Shown here piece by piece: positions 1-10,179 of a stretch of 64,000 bases of DNA (within the stretch, counting starts at the first letter, position 1; each line of letters starts with the position of its first letter). The notes beneath the pieces were generated by a model. The model was given only the letters and a program-made list of their open reading frames with translations, was not told the DNA's origin and searched no databases. Made by a program: the position numbers and the translations under genes. The stretch is taken from the sequence record PQ330092.1; one strand, given 5' to 3'.

Positions 1-2
1 AC

Positions 3-233
3 AATAACATTGGTGTGTATGCGATGAAGTGGGGTCAACCTGATTTGAAGCGTGAAATTCACATCCCTAAGTACAATTACAATGCATTTGACGAACAGTG
101 TTTTCAACTATCGTGTACTGACCCTGACTATGCTATCATTCAGTTCTATATGGAATTGCAGATAGCATTTAACAGTAATTTGTATATTAACTTATTGGCG
201 ATGAACATCGATGAAGTATTCAAAAACATTTAA
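3..233 (+). CDS. FQ-box family protein, 5'-truncated by window edge
   Basis: Frame open from window start; contains DEQCFQLS motif. Confidence 0.7.
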   Translation, partial: NNIGVYAMKWGQPDLKREIHIPKYNYNAFDEQCFQLSCTDPDYAIIQFYMELQIAFNSNLYINLLAMNIDEVFKNI

Positions 234-429
234 TCGAATTGAATACATGAGAACTGTGAGTGCAGTGTGGGACATATGGTTCACTACTAAACCAAAAATG
301 GATTACCATGACTTTAAGCTCTTGTTCTTCGTTGGCTCTAACAAACAGGATGTTGCAATGAAGGGTTATATTCAGCACTTACAGGAACTAATCCAGAAGA
401 GAATATATGAAAATAATAGACCAAAATGA
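211..429 (+). CDS. small hypothetical protein, paralog of next gene
   Basis: Overlapping co-directional ORF; DFKLLFFVGS..YIQHL resembles ELKVLMYLGT..YINSL in 407-598. Confidence 0.7.
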   Translation: MKYSKTFNRIEYMRTVSAVWDIWFTTKPKMDYHDFKLLFFVGSNKQDVAMKGYIQHLQELIQKRIYENNRPK

Positions 430-598
430 CATTGCTAAACTATTCAATATATATTCTACTAGAATGATGCAAACAGACTCATATAGTACTGAATTCAAAG
501 AGTTGAAAGTCCTGATGTACTTGGGAACCCAATATCAGGAACAAGTTATTTTGGAATATATTAATTCGCTGAAGAAGGATATCCGTTATGTACGATGA
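407..598 (+). CDS. small hypothetical protein, paralog of previous gene
   Basis: Tight packing; similarity to 211-429. Confidence 0.7.
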   Translation: MKIIDQNDIAKLFNIYSTRMMQTDSYSTEFKELKVLMYLGTQYQEQVILEYINSLKKDIRYVR

Positions 599-1148
599 TT
601 TAGATATTGCGTTTGAACGTATGGTAATTTTAATGCAATGTGCAGAAATGCATGAAACAATCCGTCGCACCAAAGGGATTGAATATACAAGTAAACTATT
701 CTCATACGAAAGTCGTCGAGGGATGGATCATTTTTACTGCACTGATTGTTCAAAGTTTTCAGTACTGAAATATTATCATCCTACTGTTTCCAATAATAGT
801 TTAATATCCACATATGACGGTGATCTGTTTAGTGTAATGTATGACACATTACATCCATCAATTTCAATCTATAAAGATTGCGATAGTAGTTTATCGTATA
901 TAATTGAAGATTACTTATCTCCTAATACTGAAGAGAATATTTTTCAGAACAGTGTGTTGCATGATGAATTAAGTATAAAATGCATCTATATGTTCAATAA
1001 GTTAAAAGAGTACGCCGATAATAATTACTTAATTGATAAGTTAGCAGTATTGTCTGTTTCCGTTTTTAATACAAATGACATTGATATGAAATACTATAAT
1101 GAGATTTGTAAAGTACATCATATGTATAAGGAATTACTATGTTATTAA
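588..1148 (+). CDS. FQ-box family hypothetical protein
   Basis: TEENIFQNSVLHD motif; tight gene packing. Confidence 0.75.
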   Translation: MYDDLDIAFERMVILMQCAEMHETIRRTKGIEYTSKLFSYESRRGMDHFYCTDCSKFSVLKYYHPTVSNNSLISTYDGDLFSVMYDTLHPSISIYKDCDSSLSYIIEDYLSPNTEENIFQNSVLHDELSIKCIYMFNKLKEYADNNYLIDKLAVLSVSVFNTNDIDMKYYNEICKVHHMYKELLCY

Positions 1149-1741
1149 ATGCAAATAAATGTTGTAGTGCAGATGTGCATTTGTTTTTTAAGAAATTAGT
1201 AAATGATATTATCTATATGCAAGAAATCATTTATCACAAAAGAATGGACTTAGAAAAAGCATTAGTTCAGTTCTCTTTTATGCTGGATGGGATTATTACT
1301 TTAGATGGTGATGGATTGCGTATAGCATTTGACGGTAATTCAAATAGGGTTTTCTATTGGATGAATAATAAATTATGTTCCTCAATTTGCCGCACTTTTT
1401 ATAACCCTATTTCGGACTTATATCAATTGGTGTATTCTAAAGGTGCAGTAGAAGCATCATATGGTGATAGTTATGCCCTAGGAAAGAGTATTCCATATAT
1501 GAATACATTTGATATTGAATTAGTCAGTACTGATGAAGATGCAATGTTCACAAATGATTTAACGATGGAACGTGAATCTGCAATGAGATATATTACAAAT
1601 TCTATGCATACATTCTTTCAACGAGTAGAATTTGATAATGTATATATAGCAAATGTAAATATTTTTATTGACCTGTGTCAGTACTTGAGAAGTGTTTGTG
1701 ATTTTGATGAAAGCTATTGTAAGCTTTATACTGAGGTATAA
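1139..1741 (+). CDS. hypothetical protein
   Basis: 200-aa ORF in packed cluster; FQ box not clear. Confidence 0.7.
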   Translation: MLLNANKCCSADVHLFFKKLVNDIIYMQEIIYHKRMDLEKALVQFSFMLDGIITLDGDGLRIAFDGNSNRVFYWMNNKLCSSICRTFYNPISDLYQLVYSKGAVEASYGDSYALGKSIPYMNTFDIELVSTDEDAMFTNDLTMERESAMRYITNSMHTFFQRVEFDNVYIANVNIFIDLCQYLRSVCDFDESYCKLYTEV

Positions 1742-1746
1742 AACAA

Positions 1747-2109
1747 ATGAACACATTAAGTATTACATACTATACAACTAAAAAATTAGTTACTTGTTTA
1801 ATATCATTGAAGACAAACCATGATGATATGTTTGATATGGCTGCATATGAATTAGAATTATCAGAAGATGGCTTCAAGAGCTATGAAGTATATAGCTATG
1901 TTCGTGAAGATGTAATTGACACTACACTAATGCAAGAGGATGAGTTATTCCAAGAAAGTTTAGTATGGGATAATAAGTACGATTGTAACTTTGATTTCTT
2001 ATGTTTAATCCAGAAAGAAATGAAAAGAATCTTTGATAATTATCCAGTGAAGAGATTGAGTACTGGACCGGAGCAGTACAGGAGAATTTTATTCCGTTAT
2101 GAAGACTGA
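1747..2109 (+). CDS. FQ-box family hypothetical protein
   Basis: QEDELFQESLVWD. Confidence 0.75.
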   Translation: MNTLSITYYTTKKLVTCLISLKTNHDDMFDMAAYELELSEDGFKSYEVYSYVREDVIDTTLMQEDELFQESLVWDNKYDCNFDFLCLIQKEMKRIFDNYPVKRLSTGPEQYRRILFRYED

Positions 2110-2434
2110 ATTAGTGAAAGTAATGTACGCTACTCATATTAAACTACTACTTGTGAAATTTGATTATAATAAAAAACATAATGATTTCTATACTTTAATT
2201 CGTGATGAAAATACATTCTCCTTGCGATGCAACAATATACCGTTGAAGATAAATGATTTTACTTCACTTGACGAGGGTGAATTATTTCAAGAATCATTAG
2301 TTTTTAATAGTAATATAAAAATTGATATAGAAGTTATTAAAAAATACCAGATTTTATTGAACAAAATTATGAATTGTTATCCATGTGAAATAGGTGGTCA
2401 TATGCAGTTCAAATCAAAAATGTATGAATTATGA
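2099..2434 (+). CDS. FQ-box family hypothetical protein
   Basis: DEGELFQESLVFN; close paralog of 1747-2109. Confidence 0.75.
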   Translation: MKTELVKVMYATHIKLLLVKFDYNKKHNDFYTLIRDENTFSLRCNNIPLKINDFTSLDEGELFQESLVFNSNIKIDIEVIKKYQILLNKIMNCYPCEIGGHMQFKSKMYEL

Positions 2435-2978
2435 GGTTTATATGTTAGATAAAAAAATGAACTCTGGAACCCAATATAATCATCTTAAGTTGGATACATT
2501 CGAATCAGCTATCAGTACAGCACAAGATATAATTGATATTATCAAGTTCATTAAAGAAGATAAGTTCAAATGTTTGAAAATACTAAATCGTTCAATGTAC
2601 CGTGATAAAAATATTCATGTATCAGTACGTAGACCGAAAGATCAAGAAAGTGGGAGAGATTTCTATAACAACAGTGAGCAGTTCGAATGTGAATATGATC
2701 CAGAATTCAGAGGCGGTTTCATGTGTTACAGTATAAAGGATACCTCACACATTGAGATACGTTCATCGAAAGGTGGCATACGTACATTAGAGTTCATTGA
2801 TATAGTTTTAAATCAGGAATACTACTTTCAACTATCATTATTGTTTCCTGCATACGATTTAGGAGTTCTATTCATGTATAAGTACTTTCATGAGCACTGG
2901 AATGAAGACTTCTATCTGGACTTAGAAGATTACCAATTAGTTTGGAAAGAAATGGTAGAACTTCGCAACCCATCTTGA
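2424..2978 (+). CDS. FQ-box family hypothetical protein
   Basis: NQEYYFQLSLLFP; start moved to internal ATG (uncertain). Confidence 0.75.
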   Translation: MNYEVYMLDKKMNSGTQYNHLKLDTFESAISTAQDIIDIIKFIKEDKFKCLKILNRSMYRDKNIHVSVRRPKDQESGRDFYNNSEQFECEYDPEFRGGFMCYSIKDTSHIEIRSSKGGIRTLEFIDIVLNQEYYFQLSLLFPAYDLGVLFMYKYFHEHWNEDFYLDLEDYQLVWKEMVELRNPS

Positions 2979-3004
2979 CACCCTCCGATTCTTTGTGATA
3001 TAAT
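2975..3004 (+). promoter_or_regulatory. sigma70-type early promoter
   Basis: TTGACA 2975-2980 and extended -10 TGaTATAAT 2996-3004. Confidence 0.8.
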
Positions 3005-3037
3005 CTCTTTATATTAATTGTAAAGGGTTATATCACA

Positions 3038-3514
3038 ATGTCCAAAGACCTATCATTTAGCAATGCACAAAAAATAGCAAAAGACATTATCAGGGTTTAT
3101 AAATTCCTTGCGAATGTTACTGAAGATTTTTCCGTGGGGGAACATAAAGTTATTAAACGAAATGGATACCTTTCATTTATGGATGGGTTACTCTATAGTT
3201 CAGATGAATCAACTTGTAGCATTAGAGTTCTTGATGAAGTACCAAGTGGTGATTTTATTTCATACCATTTTCCAAGTTCAGATAATTTCAAATACTACAA
3301 TCATCTTCTTATAAATGAAGCATTTAATACGATTGTAATTAACACTGAAGAAGAGTTCTTCCAGTACAGTACTGTGTATCCAGAGAGGATTGTTTTCAGT
3401 TCAGTGATTTTAACAGCCCTTAAAAATGAACTAAATTCCGATAGTGATCATTTCTACTTGGACCTGAACAATGTCGATTGTATTATTGAGTACATGGAGA
3501 AAAATGGTTTATGA
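3038..3514 (+). CDS. FQ-box family hypothetical protein
   Basis: TEEEFFQYSTVYP. Confidence 0.75.
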   Translation: MSKDLSFSNAQKIAKDIIRVYKFLANVTEDFSVGEHKVIKRNGYLSFMDGLLYSSDESTCSIRVLDEVPSGDFISYHFPSSDNFKYYNHLLINEAFNTIVINTEEEFFQYSTVYPERIVFSSVILTALKNELNSDSDHFYLDLNNVDCIIEYMEKNGL

Positions 3515-4005
3515 TTACTACAGAATATGATTACTATGGTGTTTTAGAATTTACAGAAAATATCTATCGCATTGCAAAGGAGTTCAGAAGTCCTAAGCCT
3601 TTTGGTGGTATGTTTCAATACGATGAGTTCAGTTCATCTAAAGGAAGACTAGCATTTACTAATGTTAGAGGTAATCAAATCTACGCGGAGTACTTTGATG
3701 ATAATGACTTTCATTACAAAACCGAATACATTTCATATTGCCCTGGGTCTGATTTGAAGATTAATATTGATACCTTTAGAGATTCAGTGCTTGTCCCTTA
3801 TAGTGAGTTAGTTTTCATGACAGAAGAAATGTACTTTCAAGAGTCTTGTATTCATGATGTAAAAGTACTTAATGCTATGTTATTTTATGGTGCACTACTT
3901 CATCATTACAAATACAAACAACGATTCTTTTTAGATTTAGTAGTATACTATAAATGCGTGGATTATTTGAATGCAAAATACGACAACAATTCAGTACATG
4001 ACTGA
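3511..4005 (+). CDS. FQ-box family hypothetical protein
   Basis: TEEMYFQESCIHD; ATGA overlap. Confidence 0.75.
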   Translation: MITTEYDYYGVLEFTENIYRIAKEFRSPKPFGGMFQYDEFSSSKGRLAFTNVRGNQIYAEYFDDNDFHYKTEYISYCPGSDLKINIDTFRDSVLVPYSELVFMTEEMYFQESCIHDVKVLNAMLFYGALLHHYKYKQRFFLDLVVYYKCVDYLNAKYDNNSVHD

Positions 4006-4333
4006 TGGTACTGAATACTTTGTTTCAAGATATGTAATCAACCACAACCATTATGTAACCTATATTCCAGAGTACAATCAATTTTATATCCAGATTTATC
4101 AAAATAATGGAAAGATAAATGATATATATTCAGAAATAAAAATCCCTGATTATAGTACTTTATCAGAAGAGGAATTGTTTCAGGAGAGCACTATCAGTAC
4201 TGAAGATGTGTACGAAATAATGGAATACCAAAAGGTACTTAAACATTTTCATGAAGCAAATGATATACAAATAGATATTGTTAAACCGTGGTGTTACAAT
4301 ACATATGAGGTAAATTATGTTAGAAATGATTAA
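3971..4333 (+). CDS. FQ-box family hypothetical protein
   Basis: SEEELFQESTIST; true start possibly 3998. Confidence 0.75.
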   Translation: MQNTTTIQYMTDGTEYFVSRYVINHNHYVTYIPEYNQFYIQIYQNNGKINDIYSEIKIPDYSTLSEEELFQESTISTEDVYEIMEYQKVLKHFHEANDIQIDIVKPWCYNTYEVNYVRND

Positions 4334-4730
4334 AATTATGCAACGCTGTCTTGTTGATCAACACGGGGTATATGGATATCGTTTAAGTGCTCCTATTGAC
4401 AAAAATAAAACAACCTATGTAAGCTATAATGCTGTACATGGATTTGATATATTCATTGATGCCAACAATAAAATCAAACAAGCTAAGGATGTGTCTATAA
4501 TGACCCCTGATGAGTTATTCCAGTACAGCTTAGTTCTTCCTACATGTATCGATTTACAACGTCTAGGAGCGATACAGAAGGTTTTACGCGAACATAAAGT
4601 ACAACCCAATAAAGTCACACACATTCCAGAAACAATCTTCAAAACCATAGAAGTAGAAACTCCTGATTATATGTTAAGTGATGATGAGTACTACGAGAAA
4701 CACTTCCCTGGTAAAGTTTGGAGAGACTAA
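4317..4730 (+). CDS. FQ-box family hypothetical protein
   Basis: TPDELFQYSLVLP. Confidence 0.75.
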   Translation: MLEMIKIMQRCLVDQHGVYGYRLSAPIDKNKTTYVSYNAVHGFDIFIDANNKIKQAKDVSIMTPDELFQYSLVLPTCIDLQRLGAIQKVLREHKVQPNKVTHIPETIFKTIEVETPDYMLSDDEYYEKHFPGKVWRD

Positions 4731-5221
4731 TGAACCGAAAGTACAGAGAAACTATGAAGTTCGCTAAGGAGTGTTTAGAAGTGTTTGAGTTCATCAATGC
4801 TCATAAAGATTTACTCCATAGATACATTGCAATCAGTGAGACAGATGACCATAGGTACATATGTTCTCGAATTCAAGATAAGATATATAAGATTGTGTTC
4901 TCGGAAACATACACAGATACATCTAATTCACTATATGATTTTGCACGTACTGATTACGTTTCATACAAATCTTGGTCTGATAGTATTAAAATTGTGCACA
5001 AGCAAAATACATTTTATTCTTTTCTTACGGACATTTCCGAAGAAAGTTACTTTCAAAACAGTTTAATTTATACAGAAAAAGAACTCAAAATGTTATTCAT
5101 AATGTCGTACTTTAAAAAGTACTGCAAATTTAATACATTATCTTTTGAGATTTCTGCAATGAAAGTATTCATTAAAAATGTAAAAGAATTAAAGAGGGCT
5201 TTTAATGTACATAGAAAATGA
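4718..5221 (+). CDS. FQ-box family hypothetical protein
   Basis: SEESYFQNSLIYT. Confidence 0.75.
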   Translation: MERLMNRKYRETMKFAKECLEVFEFINAHKDLLHRYIAISETDDHRYICSRIQDKIYKIVFSETYTDTSNSLYDFARTDYVSYKSWSDSIKIVHKQNTFYSFLTDISEESYFQNSLIYTEKELKMLFIMSYFKKYCKFNTLSFEISAMKVFIKNVKELKRAFNVHRK

Positions 5222-5747
5222 GAATGTAAAATGCATTACTGACATTTGTATAAAATTAATGAAAATTTTCATTAACCCAAAATACAAGACTCGTTCTTTA
5301 CGTCATAATATTGATGAGCATTGTACCATTAATATACTAGGTAGTATTCTTGATGTAAAATATGATGGTAAAATGTTATTCGGTATAAGAGAAGAGAAGA
5401 TAGATGATGCATTCTTTTCTTCTAAAGATAAATTTGAACCTTCTGATTATAAAGTGATTATTCGTGATGATAGCATCTATATTAGTAGTGATTATTCAAA
5501 TTACTTCGATAAAATATACACTGAAAACGTTGACTACCATTATGAAATGATTGATTTACCAGTAACAGACATTGATATGGAGAGAATCAAATTTTCATTA
5601 TCAGATAATGAGTACTTAGGTATACAAACATATTATTCACTACAAGGAAAGATTCCACCTGCTATGTATATAAGGATTGAGATTGGTAATGTATTCAATG
5701 ATAAGGTTATATCAATTGCTGATAAAATATTGGGGGTTGAATTATGA
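5205..5747 (+). CDS. hypothetical protein (degenerate FQ box?)
   Basis: SDNEYLGIQTYY at equivalent position. Confidence 0.7.
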   Translation: MYIENENVKCITDICIKLMKIFINPKYKTRSLRHNIDEHCTINILGSILDVKYDGKMLFGIREEKIDDAFFSSKDKFEPSDYKVIIRDDSIYISSDYSNYFDKIYTENVDYHYEMIDLPVTDIDMERIKFSLSDNEYLGIQTYYSLQGKIPPAMYIRIEIGNVFNDKVISIADKILGVEL

Positions 5748-6307
5748 ATATCAATGATTACCAATTTCATAGGCTTGAATTTCGTCATTGTGTTGCATTT
5801 GCAAAAACATTGATGTGCATCATTGACACTCTTTCATCCAAACAATTTCGTAAGGATAATGATTTATTTCTGAAAAAAGGTCGTGTGACATCATCCGATA
5901 TCTGTGTTGAACTATTTGTTGATATCAGTGTTGATACCGGAGACAGTACAAGGGTTGGTTGTATAGGTCATATTGGTACACATTGCTTCACATGGAATCC
6001 AAATACAAGTCAAGTACGAATTGATTATAGAAATTCACGTTGGGTTGATCTTAGTACTGAATCCGATTTAGAATCAGCTATGTTCCAGCTAAGTTTAATT
6101 CACAATCCTAATGAACTTCTTTACATTATTACTTTCAGTTATCTGTTACAAAACTACGATAAACCATCAGGGTTTTTCATAGAATCGGATATAGAAGAAA
6201 TTATGGAAGAGTTTCCTAGTTTAAAGGATATTCTGGTAGAAAAAGATTTCTATGAAGACTTCAGAGATTTATACGACATGCACTTGGAGTTATTTAAGAA
6301 TGGATAA
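5744..6307 (+). CDS. FQ-box family hypothetical protein
   Basis: LESAMFQLSLIHN. Confidence 0.75.
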   Translation: MNINDYQFHRLEFRHCVAFAKTLMCIIDTLSSKQFRKDNDLFLKKGRVTSSDICVELFVDISVDTGDSTRVGCIGHIGTHCFTWNPNTSQVRIDYRNSRWVDLSTESDLESAMFQLSLIHNPNELLYIITFSYLLQNYDKPSGFFIESDIEEIMEEFPSLKDILVEKDFYEDFRDLYDMHLELFKNG

Positions 6308-6818
6308 AGATGATATTCTAATTAGACTAATCAACAGTCTGTTAAATTTCGTGAATAGTGCCAGTGATACACACAATATAGGTGACATTGAATTCAAATC
6401 ATTTGGAATGTACGGTGAGGAAAAAACATATTATGCATCAATGAAATTCCAAGATTATTATGAAATGTTAGTTTCATTATCATACGAAGATGTGGACCCA
6501 AGATGGAGTTCCAGTATTTCACTATCGAGAATGGTAATTCGTAGTAAACATCGTTACATTTCGTCAAAGAATACTCCCAACTTGTTTGATATTGTTTTAA
6601 ATGAAAATACCAATCCTATATCTAAACATGATATCGTACCTTTAACTGATGAAGTACTTTTTCAATTGAGTACCATTTGTGATGAAGATGTGATATCATG
6701 TATGAAAATTTATGAGAAGGTTGGGAGTGATATTCCCATGAACTATTACCTAACGATAGATGGAACATACCTCAGAGATGAAGCTCTAGCGTACATTGAC
6801 AGTGTTTTACCAAAATAA
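6300..6818 (+). CDS. FQ-box family hypothetical protein
   Basis: TDEVLFQLSTICD; internal ATG chosen to minimise overlap. Confidence 0.75.
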   Translation: MDKDDILIRLINSLLNFVNSASDTHNIGDIEFKSFGMYGEEKTYYASMKFQDYYEMLVSLSYEDVDPRWSSSISLSRMVIRSKHRYISSKNTPNLFDIVLNENTNPISKHDIVPLTDEVLFQLSTICDEDVISCMKIYEKVGSDIPMNYYLTIDGTYLRDEALAYIDSVLPK

Positions 6819-6840
6819 AGACCCGTATTGGGTCTTTTTG
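6818..6840 (+). terminator. intrinsic terminator
   Basis: AAGACCC-gtatt-GGGTCTT plus T tract. Confidence 0.8.
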
Positions 6841-6850
6841 TGTTTACGTC

Positions 6851-6879
6851 TTTACAGTAGCATTCAGATGTGTTATAAT
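6851..6879 (+). promoter_or_regulatory. sigma70-type early promoter
   Basis: TTTACA-17 bp-TATAAT with TG extension. Confidence 0.75.
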
Positions 6880-6906
6880 CGCTTTTAATAGAGTACAGGA
6901 GAAGAT

Positions 6907-7473
6907 ATGAGTACTGAATTAATTAAAGAAGTTACCTTACTTCTGAAGCATTGTTTTAAGTTCATTCCTGATACTGGTTCACGCCAGTACATTAAAGTTA
7001 ATGAGAAATATAACATCAATATCCTTGTATCTGAAACTGCGAGCAGTTATGCTAACATTGAGTTGGATTCTGAAGAAAAATATACAGTATTACAAATCAT
7101 AGCAGATGTACAACGTAAACAAGATTATCGTTCTTCATTTTACAACGATTATCTGTGTGTTTGCTCAAACTTCAGTGAGAATAAAATTGTGTATAAGAAT
7201 TTATACACACATGAAGTGATTGATACATATAATTATAAAATTTCATCTGATGAATACAATGTGCTAATGTTCAACGCAAACCTTTTGTATGATGCCAGTA
7301 CTGTACGCTGTTTAGAGTTAGCATATAAAATTCCAAAGATCATGGAAAGAAAAGATTTGATTCACTTTAAAACTATTTTAAAATACAGTACAAAAGAATT
7401 AGAGGATTTAGTACAGGCTCTTAAGAATTTCATTAATGAACATGTACCTGTTAAATTCGAGGATGCACAATGA
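6907..7473 (+). CDS. hypothetical protein (degenerate FQ box?)
   Basis: AGGAG RBS; SDEYNVLMFNANLL. Confidence 0.7.
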   Translation: MSTELIKEVTLLLKHCFKFIPDTGSRQYIKVNEKYNINILVSETASSYANIELDSEEKYTVLQIIADVQRKQDYRSSFYNDYLCVCSNFSENKIVYKNLYTHEVIDTYNYKISSDEYNVLMFNANLLYDASTVRCLELAYKIPKIMERKDLIHFKTILKYSTKELEDLVQALKNFINEHVPVKFEDAQ

Positions 7474-8054
7474 ACCATATCAGAACTAAAATTTTGAGAC
7501 TCATGCATGACATTGCAGAACTTTCAGAGATTCATGACATTACAGAAATTGTTGAATTTGATGATTATCGACTGAAAATTGAAAACAAATCCAAACATCG
7601 TTTTGGATCAGTTCAGTTGGATGTATATAAAACTTATGAATTTTCTAAAAAAATTAAAAGTTCATGGGATACGATTACTATGTACATTCGCACATCCAGA
7701 AATCGTGAACGTATTGGTTCTATTTCTTCTAATATGGTATTTGCGAATGCATTACATGAAAAAATGAATAAAATTGTAGAATCTGATTTCAGTGAAGATG
7801 ATGGTTTTATTGGGTTGGATGTTCCACCAGAATTAGACCAAAGTGAAGATATTCGAGATGCATTCATTTTCCAGAAATCATTGTTGGACAATTACAAAGA
7901 ATTCGAGTACTTAATGCTTTGTTACGATACTGCAAAAGTTCTTGATTGTGGTGAACTAGTTATGTACAATGATTTTATCAATTACAAGACTGATGTTCTG
8001 AATACACTACTTCAAAATATAGAATCGGTTAAGGAAAAATATGAACGCTTATAG
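7470..8054 (+). CDS. FQ-box family hypothetical protein
   Basis: RDAFIFQKSLLDN. Confidence 0.75.
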   Translation: MNHIRTKILRLMHDIAELSEIHDITEIVEFDDYRLKIENKSKHRFGSVQLDVYKTYEFSKKIKSSWDTITMYIRTSRNRERIGSISSNMVFANALHEKMNKIVESDFSEDDGFIGLDVPPELDQSEDIRDAFIFQKSLLDNYKEFEYLMLCYDTAKVLDCGELVMYNDFINYKTDVLNTLLQNIESVKEKYERL

Positions 8055-8619
8055 TTATATGACAGAACGCCATCAGTTATTATATGATATCAGTACAAAA
8101 ATGTTATCAATTGTTAGTAGTGCAAAAGAAATTGAAAAACAATACCTCATCCGTGATGTAGCAATTTCATCTAAATGTTGGTCCAATGAATATTACGATC
8201 ACGGTATTCTTACTATTTCTGGGGCTAGAAATATTTGTATTGTAAAAAATAAAAATAAAAGTAATGAAGAGTGTGAGATTATAACCGATATACAAATTAA
8301 GGATGATGGAAGTTTTTCACACCACCCATTCCATATTAGTACTATTGGTGTTTTATATAATATTAAAGTACTATTCGGTGATGAAGAGTATGTGTTAAAA
8401 TCTATCAATCCAGAATCAAGTACAGTTGAAGAAGAACTGTTCCAGATGAGCACTGTTATACCTGAAGAGGTTCTTAGTACTGTTATTTTTTGTAGTTTAA
8501 TTTATCATGAATACAAAAAGTACCAGTTCGATTTCCACATGTTAGGAACATACATCTTCAATAATTTGAATGTAGATCGTTTAACAGCATTAAATGCAGC
8601 AATGGATAAGGTGCTATAA
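8041..8619 (+). CDS. FQ-box family hypothetical protein
   Basis: VEEELFQMSTVIP. Confidence 0.75.
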   Translation: MNAYSYMTERHQLLYDISTKMLSIVSSAKEIEKQYLIRDVAISSKCWSNEYYDHGILTISGARNICIVKNKNKSNEECEIITDIQIKDDGSFSHHPFHISTIGVLYNIKVLFGDEEYVLKSINPESSTVEEELFQMSTVIPEEVLSTVIFCSLIYHEYKKYQFDFHMLGTYIFNNLNVDRLTALNAAMDKVL

Positions 8620-9047
8620 TGACAAGAGATGATTGTTTGTACATATGGGATATAATTGAAACTACACTTTCAAATCCAGAAAATTATAAAACAAAAAAAA
8701 GACAACGACACAAAATATGGATAGATTTGTTCGTTGAGGGCATACACGCAGTGACTATTTGGGATTCACCGAGGGCATCATCATCTACTCTGTTGGACAA
8801 TGAATGCATTGATTGCATTAATTCCACTTTTCATCTCTACGGTACTACAATTTTTGGTACATTTCTGGATATTGAAAGTAAAGATGATATTGATTCACTT
8901 GCGTTACAATACCAAGTACTATATAATACTAAATTAATTTACGATTTAGTACTAGCTTCTTATGTGTATAAATTAATGATGAAATATAATCATATTTCTG
9001 TTTCAGTTTATACTAAGGATATTCTTTCATTAAGAGACAAAACATGA
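8619..9047 (+). CDS. hypothetical protein (degenerate FQ box?)
   Basis: IDSLALQYQVLYN; TAATG overlap. Confidence 0.7.
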   Translation: MTRDDCLYIWDIIETTLSNPENYKTKKRQRHKIWIDLFVEGIHAVTIWDSPRASSSTLLDNECIDCINSTFHLYGTTIFGTFLDIESKDDIDSLALQYQVLYNTKLIYDLVLASYVYKLMMKYNHISVSVYTKDILSLRDKT

Positions 9048-9553
9048 GTTTATTAAATGCACGCGAATTGGTTGAGATGTATGAGATTTTGTCTTCATAT
9101 AAAAATTCTCCAAAAGATGTAATTCTAAACAAAAAGTTCCATGTCAGTGTTGAACATATAACAAATATAGATATGATTTCTTTGGTGGAAAGTAATAAGT
9201 CAGGTCTGGAGCGTGATATCATGCGTTTGATTTATATTCCTAAACCATCATATACTAATGATAGTACTATTAGCAATGAGACATTCATGTATAGTCCTGG
9301 TACGGATTCTACTATAGTATCGCTGTCCAATAAATCAATGGATACTTTCCAATTCATCTATACCAGTACTGATAACATTGAAGAAATTGAATTTCAAAAC
9401 AATACATTAAGTCCATGTAGTAGTGTTATAACCTTTATGTCATATCTATGGTCAACTAAAACAAGTGCTGTTGTATATAGTTCAAATTATACACAAGATA
9501 GTATTGTTGAATCATATAAAGTTCTAAAGGAATACTATGAAAATAACAAATGA
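9044..9553 (+). CDS. FQ-box family hypothetical protein
   Basis: IEEIEFQNNTLSP. Confidence 0.7.
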   Translation: MSLLNARELVEMYEILSSYKNSPKDVILNKKFHVSVEHITNIDMISLVESNKSGLERDIMRLIYIPKPSYTNDSTISNETFMYSPGTDSTIVSLSNKSMDTFQFIYTSTDNIEEIEFQNNTLSPCSSVITFMSYLWSTKTSAVVYSSNYTQDSIVESYKVLKEYYENNK

Positions 9554-10118
9554 TTTTATTAAAAGTGTAGTACACCCTATGCTTAGTATTATGAAAAAAA
9601 TACAGAATCTACCGGAAGATAACGATTACAAGTTTAATCGTTTTGATTCAGATGTGTTTTGTATTGAAATTGAAATTAATAACAATCGCAATTTACATTT
9701 AAAATTCAAAGAATCTTCGAGTCCGTACTACAACTTTGATATGAATTTTAAAATAGATACTGACATTGAAGAAAACATAATATCAAATCATACTAGCAAA
9801 AATGGTTTTATGCATAGAACTACTATGTACAATAATAAAAATAGTATTATATCTAAATGGAATCAACAATTCACTAAAATTTGTGAAATTGAATATAATG
9901 ATTTTGGTGAAGAACATTACTTTCAGTTAAGTACAATTCATGAACTTCCACCATATGATTATGTTAAAACATGGTTTGATATTCATAATATAATTGATGA
10001 TGCAATCAAACTTCCATTTGGTGTGTCAATATCATATACTGCTCCTAAAACATTTGTTTTTACTGAAGATATGATTATGAAAAAGATATGGGCAATTATC
10101 CCACTTATGATGGATTAA
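9537..10118 (+). CDS. FQ-box family hypothetical protein
   Basis: GEEHYFQLSTIHE. Confidence 0.75.
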   Translation: MKITNDFIKSVVHPMLSIMKKIQNLPEDNDYKFNRFDSDVFCIEIEINNNRNLHLKFKESSSPYYNFDMNFKIDTDIEENIISNHTSKNGFMHRTTMYNNKNSIISKWNQQFTKICEIEYNDFGEEHYFQLSTIHELPPYDYVKTWFDIHNIIDDAIKLPFGVSISYTAPKTFVFTEDMIMKKIWAIIPLMMD

Positions 10119-10123
10119 ATTCG

Positions 10124-10161
10124 TACCAGGGGTTGACTCTGGTATTTTTGTATGATACATT
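10124..10161 (+). promoter_or_regulatory. terminator hairpin with embedded sigma70 promoter
   Basis: TACCAG/CTGGTA stem plus T5; TTGACT (10133-10138) in loop, 17 bp to TACATT. Confidence 0.6.
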
Positions 10162-10179
10162 GTCCTAAAGGAGAATTTT